In this document: piece after piece, positions 47,786-55,886 of the stretch
Numbering within the stretch: the stretch's first letter is position 1
Layout of the letters: each line of letters begins with the position of its first letter
Assembly: GCA_958295485.1 (NCBI GenBank)
Contig: OY282354.1
Location: forward strand, 2,812,042-2,876,041
Direction of reading: 5' to 3'
DNA length: 64,000 bases
From: an uncultured Gammaproteobacteria bacterium
Lineage (GTDB): Bacteria > Pseudomonadota > Gammaproteobacteria > Eutrophobiales > Eutrophobiaceae
Notes under the pieces: generated by a model
What the model was told of the DNA's origin: nothing
What the model saw: only the letters and a program-made list of their open reading frames with translations
Databases searched by the model: none
Translations under genes and position numbers: made by a program

Positions 47786-49078
47786 ATGTCCAAGCTGAAA
47801 TATCCTGGTTTTGATACTTTGAGCCTGCACGGCGGGCAACAGCCAGACCCCGTCACCGGCGCCCGCGCGGCGCCCATTTATCAAACAACGTCTTTTGTAT
47901 TCAAGGAAACAGATCACGCATCTTCAATGTTCGACCTGGCGAGATCCGGTCACGTGTACTCGCGCATCTCCAACCCGACCGTCGCCGTCCTGGAAGAACG
48001 CATTGCCGGGCTGGAAGGAGGAGTCGGGGCCGTGGCAACGGCAAGCGGCATGGCTGCAATCCACCTGGCTGTATGCACAATCATGGACGGCGGCAGCCAC
48101 ATCGTCTCATCACGCGCCTTGTACGGCGGCACCCATAACCTGTTTACCTATACCTTGCCCCGCTTCGGGATCCATGCCACTTTCGTGGACCCGGGAAATC
48201 CGGCGGAATTCAAACGCGCGATCACGCCTGAAACCAGGTTAATTTACGCCGAGACCATAGGCAATCCCCGTTGTGAAGTGTTGGACATCGAGACGGTCGC
48301 CAGGATAGCCCATGAGGCGGAAATTCCACTGATGTTGGACTCGACCCTGACCACGCCTTACCTGTTGAAGCCCTTCGACCACGGCGCCGACCTCGTCATC
48401 CATTCCCTCACCAAGTTTATCGGCGGCCACGGCGTCGCCATCGGCGGCATGGTGGTGGACTCCGGCAAGTTCAATTGGGACGACTCCGGCAAGTTCAAGA
48501 CACTGACGGAACCTTACGAGGGGATATTGAACATCGACTTTGCCGAAGATTTCGGCCCCGGCGCCTTCCTCCATCGGGCGCGGCGTGAAGGACTGAGAGA
48601 TTTCGGCGCCGCCTTGAGTCCCACCAATGCGTTTTATATCCTGCAAGGCGCTGAAACACTTTCAGTAAGGATGGATAAACATGTATCCAACACGAAAAAA
48701 ATCGTCGAGCGCCTTGACGGCAATGAAGCCGTCGAATACGTTACCTACCCGGAACTGCCCTCTCACCAGGATTACGATCTGGCGAAAAAACTGCTGCCGA
48801 AAGGCTGCGGTTCGGTATTCAGTTTTGAATTGAAAGGCGGACGTGAAGCGGGACGAAAATTCATTGAATCGCTGAAGGTCTTTTCTCATCTCGCCAACGT
48901 CGGCGATGCCAAATCCCTGGTGATACACCCGGCCTCAACTACCCATAGCCGCATGGATGACAAGGCATTAAAAGAGGCCGGCATTACCGAAGGCCTGGTC
49001 AGGCTGTCCGTCGGCATGGAAGACCCGGAAGACCTGATCAACGATTTGAACCGGGCGCTTTATCAATCCCAAAAATGA
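47786..49078 (+). CDS. metY: O-acetylhomoserine sulfhydrylase (aminocarboxypropyltransferase)
   Basis: GFDTLSLHGGQ start and IYQTTSFVF, HSLTKFIGGHG (PLP lysine) blocks. 430 aa. Confidence 0.9.
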   Translation: MSKLKYPGFDTLSLHGGQQPDPVTGARAAPIYQTTSFVFKETDHASSMFDLARSGHVYSRISNPTVAVLEERIAGLEGGVGAVATASGMAAIHLAVCTIMDGGSHIVSSRALYGGTHNLFTYTLPRFGIHATFVDPGNPAEFKRAITPETRLIYAETIGNPRCEVLDIETVARIAHEAEIPLMLDSTLTTPYLLKPFDHGADLVIHSLTKFIGGHGVAIGGMVVDSGKFNWDDSGKFKTLTEPYEGILNIDFAEDFGPGAFLHRARREGLRDFGAALSPTNAFYILQGAETLSVRMDKHVSNTKKIVERLDGNEAVEYVTYPELPSHQDYDLAKKLLPKGCGSVFSFELKGGREAGRKFIESLKVFSHLANVGDAKSLVIHPASTTHSRMDDKALKEAGITEGLVRLSVGMEDPEDLINDLNRALYQSQK

Positions 49079-49115
49079 GAATGCCGCAAAAGCGCATTAT
49101 ATTTCCCCCTCCCCT

Positions 49116-49919
49116 ATGGAAATCAAGATAAATAACGACGTGGCCTTTGCCGCCACCGGCACGAAAGCCTTTGACCCCGACCTGCCGAGCATCGTCTTCA
49201 TTCACGGGGCCGGCCTGGACCACACGGCTTGGACCTTGTTCAACCGTTACTATGCCAGACATGAATTCAATTCAATCGCTGTTGACCTGCCCGGCCACAA
49301 TCGCTCGGGCGGGAAACCATTGGCGTCCATCGAAGAAATTGCCCGGTGGCTAATCGAATACATAAAGACCCTGGAAATAGAAAAGACCGCATTGGTAGGC
49401 CACAGCATGGGCTCACTTGTCGCATTGGAAGCGGCTTATCAAGCCGGAGAAACTGTTGATAAACTTGTCTTGCTGGGCACGGCGGTACCGATGTTGGTAG
49501 GTGAACCCTTATTGAATGCCGCAAAAGAAAACGACCACAGCGCCGTTGACATGATCATGTTGTATTCGCATTCTTACGCATCTCAAACAGGCGGAAATCC
49601 TGTAGCGGGCATTAACATAGTAAACAGCAACATGCGATTATTGGAACGTTCACTGAAAAACGTTTTATATACCGACCTTAACGCCTGCCATGAATACAAG
49701 AATGGAATCGAGGCCGCGAGAAGTATTGCCATACCGGTGAACCTGATTTCAGGGGAAGAAGACAAGATGACGCCACCTGCAATGGCGGCTGATCTCATTA
49801 ATGCGCTGGTAAAGGCGGAGGTCGATATCCTGCCCCATTGCGGTCACATGATGTTGTCCGAACAACCGGAAGCCGTGCACCGGTCATTGGTGAAAATATT
49901 GAGGGGAAATAATGGTTAA
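49116..49919 (+). CDS. alpha/beta-hydrolase fold protein
   Basis: IVFIHGAG, GHSMGS nucleophile elbow and C-terminal HCGHMM. 267 aa, so too short for MetX. Confidence 0.75.
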   Translation: MEIKINNDVAFAATGTKAFDPDLPSIVFIHGAGLDHTAWTLFNRYYARHEFNSIAVDLPGHNRSGGKPLASIEEIARWLIEYIKTLEIEKTALVGHSMGSLVALEAAYQAGETVDKLVLLGTAVPMLVGEPLLNAAKENDHSAVDMIMLYSHSYASQTGGNPVAGINIVNSNMRLLERSLKNVLYTDLNACHEYKNGIEAARSIAIPVNLISGEEDKMTPPAMAADLINALVKAEVDILPHCGHMMLSEQPEAVHRSLVKILRGNNG

Positions 49920-50811
49920 GCGACTGAATCAATTAGAGAATTCCCTCAATTCAGGAAGATTTTGTTTCACTGCGGAATTGGTGCCGCCGTTATCGACCGA
50001 ACCGGACAGGATACTTGAACAGGTAGATTCGATTAAAGGTCGAGTTGAAGCGATCAACGTCACCGACGCCGCCGCTGCCAAGACCACCATGTCCAGTTGT
50101 GCCGCGGCCGCCCTGCTCGCCCTCAATAATATAGAACCGGTCCTTCAACTTACTTGCCGGGACCGCAATCGTATCGCTTTATGCGCGGATTTAATCGGCT
50201 CAGCCGCATTCGGCATATGCAACCTGTTGCTGTTAACCGGGGATGACCCGGCTAACGGCGACCAACCTGACGCCAAGGCAGTCCATGATATTAACAGCGC
50301 CAGCTTGACCGCCCTTGTCAGGGATATGGGGGAGAAAGGAATATTGCCGAATGGCCGCCAAATTGATTCGCCACCGCATTTTTATATCGGTTCGGCAGAC
50401 GTGCCGCAAAGGTTCGATAATAAAGGGGTCCCTCCTGCCATAATAAAAAAAATAGACGCGGGCGCGCGTTTTATACAGACTCAGTTGTGTTATGACATTG
50501 ACCTGATCGAAGCATACATTGCTGCATTGGGTGATTGGGGCATCCTGGACAAGGTGAAAGTGCTTATCGGCCTGGGGCCTGTGGCGTCCGTCCGGTCGGC
50601 CCTATGGATGAAAGATAATCTTTGGGGCGTGGCAATCCCTGATTCTGTCCTGCAACGTTTGCAAGACAGTACTGATCCGAAACAGGAGGGCAGACGGATT
50701 TGCATCGAATTGATTGAGAACATGCAAAAGATAGACGGCATAGCCGGGGCGCACCTGATGGCGCCGGGCCAATCTATTCCATCGATTGCGGCTTTATTAT
50801 CAGAACTTTGA
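49912..50811 (+). CDS. methylenetetrahydrofolate reductase family protein (MetF-like)
   Basis: FCFTAELVPP and LQLTCRDRN...LLLLTGDDP blocks parallel the FEFFPP / HLTC / ALRGDPP blocks of MetF. Confidence 0.65.
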   Translation: MVKRLNQLENSLNSGRFCFTAELVPPLSTEPDRILEQVDSIKGRVEAINVTDAAAAKTTMSSCAAAALLALNNIEPVLQLTCRDRNRIALCADLIGSAAFGICNLLLLTGDDPANGDQPDAKAVHDINSASLTALVRDMGEKGILPNGRQIDSPPHFYIGSADVPQRFDNKGVPPAIIKKIDAGARFIQTQLCYDIDLIEAYIAALGDWGILDKVKVLIGLGPVASVRSALWMKDNLWGVAIPDSVLQRLQDSTDPKQEGRRICIELIENMQKIDGIAGAHLMAPGQSIPSIAALLSEL

Positions 50812-51034
50812 CAACCCCCCCCTCCAGGCAGGAAAGACTGGCCCCTTTGGGACGGGATACTGACATGGACTTCGACTTTGACACCTCCTCCAGGCAAGAA
50901 GGGCTGGTCCTGTGGTTGTTCTGCCCCCGGTACGCGCCGGCGCGCTCAGGGCTGGCGCGGGGCCTGCCCCTGCCTGGTCGGGGGGCTTGCAAGGTTCTGT
51001 ACCCCATCCTGTTTTAGCTGTATAATCTCGCTCC

Positions 51035-51541
51035 ATGAAAAAACTCGGTGTAATTATAGTCGTGCTGTGCCTGTCAATCACACCGGCGCTCGCTGACTTT
51101 AACGATGGCGTTTATGCTTATTCGATTGGTGAATATCGCAGGGCGTATAACACCATGCGGTCACTGGCTGAAACTTCCGACCATGGCCTGGCTCAATACT
51201 ATTTGGCCATGATGTACTTCAGGGGAAATGGGGCAGAGCAAAGTTACGAAGAGGCGGCGAAATGGTTTCGAAAAGCGGCGGAACAACGAGTCAAACAGGC
51301 CCAATACCAGTTAGGGGAGTTTTATATGAACGGCAGGGGTCTGCCAAGAGATTATGAGTACGCCTATGCCTGGTATCGGGTGGGCGCTGAACACAAGCAT
51401 AAAAAATCAATAGACGCGTTAGATGCGGCAAAATCGAACCTTTCGGATGAGGAACTGAAAGAAGCAGAGAAACTCTCGCGGGAATTTATAAAGAAATTCG
51501 GCCCGTTGCCTGACCAACCTGAAAAAAACATCGGCCCTTAA
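51035..51541 (+). CDS. Sel1-repeat (TPR-like) secreted protein
   Basis: Signal peptide, then repeated A.YYLA.MYF.G.G...EA.KWFRKAAEQ Sel1 modules. Confidence 0.8.
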   Translation: MKKLGVIIVVLCLSITPALADFNDGVYAYSIGEYRRAYNTMRSLAETSDHGLAQYYLAMMYFRGNGAEQSYEEAAKWFRKAAEQRVKQAQYQLGEFYMNGRGLPRDYEYAYAWYRVGAEHKHKKSIDALDAAKSNLSDEELKEAEKLSREFIKKFGPLPDQPEKNIGP

Positions 51542-51855
51542 TCCGGGAGAAACGGAGAGTATCGTGCCGTCAACCGGGAGGATTTGGGGGCTGTTTTTCC
51601 GTTCCGCGCAAAGTCTCTCCAAAACAGCCCCCAAATCCTCTCTCAGCCCGGTGGCTTTACAAGCATGAGCTTGCCTTGGCAAACGCGGCCTTTTCCGGAA
51701 AGTGGGAAATCCGGGAGAAATAGAGAATATCGTGCCGTCAACCGGGGGGATTTGCGGGCTGTTTTTCCGTTCCGCGCAAAGTCTCTCCAAAACAGCCCGC
51801 AAATCCCCCCTCGGCCCGGTCGGCTTTACAAACGTGGTCTTGCCTTGGTCAAACT
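51541..51855. repeat. two tandem about 168-bp repeat units, each containing an 18-bp-stem hairpin (GGATTTGGGGGCTGTTTT...AAAACAGCCCCCAAATCC)
   Basis: Unit 1 is 51541-51708 and unit 2 is 51709 to about 51855. The hairpins are at 51580-51638 and about 51748-51806. Unit 2 carries a compensatory G/C to C/G change in the stem. Confidence 0.8.
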
Positions 51856-51870
51856 ATCAGGGTAAATGCA

Positions 51871-52497
51871 TCAAAAATCAAAGACCTGGCCCCTTGCGCT
51901 TTGAAGATCTTCAGGCCGATCAATATCACGCCGCCTGACTAATTCATACGACTTTAATTTCAATTGCGCAACCCTCTCCCGGGTTTTTTCCAAAACCCTG
52001 TCTGTTCCCCACTCGATATTGATGAATAGTTGTCGATATGATTTTGTCAGTCCAATTAAATAATATCCGCCGTCATAAGCCGGACCTAAAACGACATCAC
52101 AGCCGTTTATTAATTTTTCCAAGGCAAGTTCAAGGTCAAACTCGCTCAATTCAATGCAGTCACTCCCGATGAGCAATACACCGTTATAACTTCGCAAGGC
52201 CTGCTCAATGGCAAAACACATGCGTTCTCCTAAATCACCGCCGGCCTGGGTTTTAAGCGTAATCGAAAAATTTTCAGCATGGGCGGCCAATACTTGATGC
52301 TCAGTGGTAGGCGTACACCATAACTCTATATGCTTGATGGACGACCGTTTGGCGGTTTCAATCGTCTGTTTTAATAATTCAGTATGGATTTCAACCGCCC
52401 CGGCCTCACCTGTTATCGGTATAAGGCGGGTTTTTACCTTTCCCGGAATGGGTGTCCTGGTAAATATAAGCAATACCACCTCTTTTTTAACCCGCAT
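51871..52497 (-). CDS. DUF2064-type glycosyltransferase-A-fold protein (TIGR04282-like)
   Basis: VVLLIFTRTPIPGKVKTRL N-terminus recalled from the DUF2064 family. Paired with the downstream GT2. Confidence 0.55.
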   Translation of the reverse strand: MRVKKEVVLLIFTRTPIPGKVKTRLIPITGEAGAVEIHTELLKQTIETAKRSSIKHIELWCTPTTEHQVLAAHAENFSITLKTQAGGDLGERMCFAIEQALRSYNGVLLIGSDCIELSEFDLELALEKLINGCDVVLGPAYDGGYYLIGLTKSYRQLFINIEWGTDRVLEKTRERVAQLKLKSYELVRRRDIDRPEDLQSARGQVFDF

Positions 52498-52602
52498 ATA
52501 GGGTACGCCCCGGTTTTGCAGGGATTAAATTCGACGTGGAAAGAAGTCGGTTGCTGTCATATGTCCGGCCTCTGTGTGGGGTGTATTTGCGAGATATGCG
52601 GG

Positions 52603-53277
52603 TTAATCATACTGATCGGCCAAAACCCGCGGGTCAAACCCGATGGCATAGCATAATCTTAATTTCCACATCGTCAGGATTGTCCTGATTATTCCATGCT
52701 TTTCCCATCGGCGGGATGAGCTGGTGACCGTTTTATCAACGCAAACAGGCGGAGAAATTCTTTTAAGCCTTGACGTCAAGTCTATGTCTTCCATTAATGG
52801 AATATCTGCATATCCATCGACTTCCCGAAAAATACGCTGGCCGACAAAAACAGCCTGGTCGCCCGTGGCGATGCCGGTGATGCGGGAACGGATGTTCATG
52901 AGCCTTTCGATACACCTGTACATCGGGTGTTCACCTGACAACTTGATATTAAACCGTCCCCAGGCGTCTCCTGAGATAGGCGGATTATCCAGTATCTTAT
53001 CAAAATCACTATCTAACAAAGTATCGGCATGAAGAAAAACATAAACGTCTCCGGTAGCGATTTCCGCGCCATAATTCATCTGCCTGGCCCGGCCCGGCCC
53101 GCATTTTAAAACATGATCTACATGGTCTGCCGCTATCCCGCGCGTATCGTCAATACTGCCGCCATCCACAAGGATGACCTCATGGCCCCTGCCGCGCGCG
53201 GCCTGAAGGCGCTCCAGGGTTTTGCTTATGTAACCCGCTTCATTCAGGGCGGGTATTATGACCGAGTACTTTTGCAT
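52603..53277 (-). CDS. GT2-family glycosyltransferase
   Basis: YSVIIPALNEAGYISKTLERL, ILVDGGSIDDT and DAD (DxD) motifs. Confidence 0.75.
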   Translation of the reverse strand: MQKYSVIIPALNEAGYISKTLERLQAARGRGHEVILVDGGSIDDTRGIAADHVDHVLKCGPGRARQMNYGAEIATGDVYVFLHADTLLDSDFDKILDNPPISGDAWGRFNIKLSGEHPMYRCIERLMNIRSRITGIATGDQAVFVGQRIFREVDGYADIPLMEDIDLTSRLKRISPPVCVDKTVTSSSRRWEKHGIIRTILTMWKLRLCYAIGFDPRVLADQYD

Positions 53278-53439
53278 AAGGATAATGAACGGCTGGTTTA
53301 ATATGACATATAGTCAAGCCGCCTCGAAAGTTTACCTGCTTGATGCGATTTTGTCCCATGGCTGAGGGCTGCTATCCCACGGGCAGCGTTCCGGTTTAGC
53401 GCATTATAAGACAAACCCGGGGTCAAGACCCATGAGGCA

Positions 53440-53580
53440 AGGACAGCGGTTCCCGCTAACAGTGGGTTTGGGGGCTGTTTTGGAGTGACTAACGTCAGGG
53501 ATGAGCATGGGATGGGCTATGGAACGGAAAAGCAGCCACCAAACCCGCTTTCGACGAACAGCGGGAACTCTTGGGGTAAG
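53440..53580. repeat. third, diverged copy of the hairpin element (GGGTTTGGGGGCTGTTTT...AAAAGCAGCCACCAAACCC) within a long imperfect palindrome
   Basis: Seen in sequence. The flanking arms CAGCGGTTCCCGCT / AGCGGGAACTC are also partly complementary. About 150 bp upstream of tRNA-Arg. Confidence 0.6.
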
Positions 53581-53731
53581 GACAGATATTCCCTATCGGC
53601 CAAGTCCGCAGGGGCAATGAAGCAATCTCCTGCCTTTCCGGCTTCGCCGATAAGGTATTGATGCCAACGATATATCCCTGTATTGTTGGATGATGTTTTC
53701 AAGATTGTCTACAGATAGCCTTTATAGCTAC

Positions 53732-53808
53732 GCCCTGATAGCTCAGATGGATAGAGCGTCCGCCTCCTAAGCGGAAGGTCAGAGGTTCGAATCCTCTTCA
53801 GGGCGCCA
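53732..53808 (+). tRNA. tRNA-Arg (anticodon CCU)
   Basis: GCCCTGATAGCTCAGATGGATAGAGCGTCCGCCTCCTAAGCGGAAGGTCAGAGGTTCGAATCCTCTTCAGGGCGCCA folds as a cloverleaf with anticodon loop CUCCUAA. Confidence 0.9.
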
Positions 53809-53969
53809 TTTACCACCCCTTTACACTCCCATCCTCTCGTGATAAACTCTTGTAAGTGGTTATTTTGACTGATATTATGTCTCTCATACGCTATTATTCA
53901 TTTCTAATCGTTATCAGACACTCTCATTTTTAGCGTGGGGAAAAACGTGGGAAAAATGAGAGTTGAGCC

Positions 53970-54107
53970 ATGAAAAAAGCCATCACCGCCGCCGAAGCGA
54001 AATCCATCACGAATCCCAGCTCTTATTATGCCGGCGAGACCCTGTACCTGTCTATTGCGCCCGGCGGCTCGAAATCCTGGGTGCAGCGCCTCACTATTTG
54101 TTCTTAA
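53970..54107 (+). pseudogene. N-terminal 45-codon remnant of a P4-type tyrosine integrase (arm-binding DUF4102-like domain)
   Basis: It translates to MKKAITAAEAKSITNPSSYYAGETLYLSIAPGGSKSWVQRLTICS*. The pattern (K..Y.L.DG.GLYL.V.P.GSK.W..R) is the start of tRNA-associated integrases. It lies 160 bp 3' of tRNA-Arg in an AT-rich stretch. Confidence 0.55.
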
Positions 54108-54203
54108 TGTATTTAATATCATCTCCTTGCTTTTATTCCCACGATTTCCCCAACAAGATTTGGATTGATAAAGACGAGTGATTCCAGGGCCTGTACTGAT
54201 ATC

Positions 54204-54983
54204 TTATTCGGTGAACCGTTGCCGCAAATCTTCCAGCATAGCGGCTGAAATTGAAAATCTTTCCTCCAGATAGCGCTCAATTGTTCCGTGATTGTCTTCC
54301 ATATAGTTCAGGGCGCCCAATATATATTCCGCTTTCACGCCCAGCATGGCAAGGACAGAGGCCCTGTCCATCCCGGTATCCTCCCAGCCGTACCTGGCCG
54401 AAGCCTGGGCAACCTGCTGTTCAGGCACAAAACATTTGCCGGAAAGCAGGTAATCTTCAACAACAATTTCCCTGGGTACGCCCAGGGCCGATAGCAGAAG
54501 AGTTGAGCCAAAACCCGTGCGGTCCTTGCCGGCCGAGCAATGAATGAGCATCGCCCCATGCTCAAGCTCCGACAGGTACCGGAACATGCCGCTGAATTCA
54601 TCAACATGGCTTGAAGCAAACTCAACATATATACCACGCATCATGTCGTCTATACACTGTATGGAGATTCTCTTTCCCGGTCCTGGTTTCACATAGGATT
54701 CCATTTGTCCCGGATCGATCGCCAGCTGCATAACCTGAGCGTTATCCGGCAATCGGCTGGGGTCTTTTCGTCTTTCATTTTGCCCCCGGAAATCACAGCA
54801 ATAGACAATATCAAGACCGGAAAGATATTCGATGTCCCTGTCTGTCAGGTCACTCAATTGGCCTGACCGGAATAACCGGTTCCACTTGACCTGCCGCCCG
54901 TCGGTGGTTGGATAACCCCCAAGGTCGCGAAAGTTGACCCCGCCCTCCAGCGGTAATAATCGTTCCGGCATTCGGCTATTCAA
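54204..54983 (-). CDS. protein-tyrosine/dual-specificity phosphatase-like protein (Y_phosphatase3-type)
   Basis: HCSAGKDRTG CX5R P-loop. 259 aa. Confidence 0.75.
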   Translation of the reverse strand: MNSRMPERLLPLEGGVNFRDLGGYPTTDGRQVKWNRLFRSGQLSDLTDRDIEYLSGLDIVYCCDFRGQNERRKDPSRLPDNAQVMQLAIDPGQMESYVKPGPGKRISIQCIDDMMRGIYVEFASSHVDEFSGMFRYLSELEHGAMLIHCSAGKDRTGFGSTLLLSALGVPREIVVEDYLLSGKCFVPEQQVAQASARYGWEDTGMDRASVLAMLGVKAEYILGALNYMEDNHGTIERYLEERFSISAAMLEDLRQRFTE

Positions 54984-55258
54984 CAGATTGCGACCACAAT
55001 TTCCCTGACCACAGATTTCATATCAGGCTCCTGAAATTTAAAACGGCAATCATGGTCTTGCCCCGGGAATATTATCTGAATGTTGGTTTAAAGTGTTTCG
55101 TTGTCGATTCCTTCGGCGCCACCTCCGAGACAACCGCCAGGCGCAGGGGCAGTGGCAATTGCCTGAGACCGTTAATCTGCAGGCGCACTCCTTCAGCGAG
55201 TGTGTAGTATGAATGTTATCCATATTCGTGTCCATGCCACTGGTCATTTGCTCTATTT

Positions 55259-55272
55259 CGTAAACAGGTTTA
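55259..55272. promoter_or_regulatory. candidate TetR operator, palindrome GTAAAC-AG-GTTTAC
   Basis: 14-bp inverted repeat 33 bp upstream of the TetR start. Confidence 0.3.
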
Positions 55273-55304
55273 CACTTAACGAACATTCAGTCAGAAGACT
55301 CTTC

Positions 55305-55886
55305 ATGAACACAACCGCTTCACATTTGATCTCGGTCGCTGCAAAACAGTTTGCCGAAAAGGGTTATTCAGGCGCTTCCATGCGCAGTATTGCCAACGCC
55401 GCCGGGACGACTCAGGCAGCGATATACCACCATTTTTCGAACAAGAACGCTCTCTACCTGGCCGTGCTGGCCAGACATTTTGATGCTAAATCCAGTGACA
55501 TGGCTGATGATCTGGCCCAGGTCAGTGATCCGGAAAAGCGTTTGAAAATCCTGGTTCACCGTTTGCTTGAACTGGTGGAGGAAGATGAACAGTTTCGCCA
55601 GCTCTATTTTCGCGAACTGCTGGAGACTGACGAAGAGCGTTTGCGCGTACTGGCAGACAACGTGTTTGGCGAATTGGCTGTCACCCTGACCGAACTTCTG
55701 AAGGAGCTGGCGCCGCGAATGGACTCTCACCTTATGCTGCTCTCACTCGGCGGCCTGGTTTGCCACCACCTTGAGGCGCGCAAGCTCAGTCCCTTCCTGC
55801 CGGGAGGCAAACGTAAACACCAACAGCTGGATGTGCTGGCTGAACACATTACGGAACTCCTCCTTCACGGAGTACAGCGGTCATGA
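55305..55886 (+). CDS. TetR-family transcriptional regulator
   Basis: LISVAAKQFAEKGYSGASMRSIANAAGTTQAAIYHHF HTH. Start taken at the internal Met of ORF 55200..55886. The stop overlaps the start of the MMPL gene. Confidence 0.85.
   Translation: MNTTASHLISVAAKQFAEKGYSGASMRSIANAAGTTQAAIYHHFSNKNALYLAVLARHFDAKSSDMADDLAQVSDPEKRLKILVHRLLELVEEDEQFRQLYFRELLETDEERLRVLADNVFGELAVTLTELLKELAPRMDSHLMLLSLGGLVCHHLEARKLSPFLPGGKRKHQQLDVLAEHITELLLHGVQRS

Noticed and set aside
53440-53580. Possible SRP (4.5S) RNA: a GGGGGCTGTTTTGG 5' end and a GGAACGGAAAAGCAGCC segment resemble 4.5S RNA blocks
   Set aside because: The long-range pairing is only an 18-bp stem with an unstructured 46-nt loop. The same stem sequence recurs twice at 51.6 kb with a different loop, so it behaves as a repeat family rather than ffs.
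55050-55286. 78-aa minus-strand ORF in the phosphatase-TetR intergenic region
   Set aside because: It has a Cys/Arg-rich low-complexity translation, overlaps the TetR promoter and operator region, and shows no support for coding.
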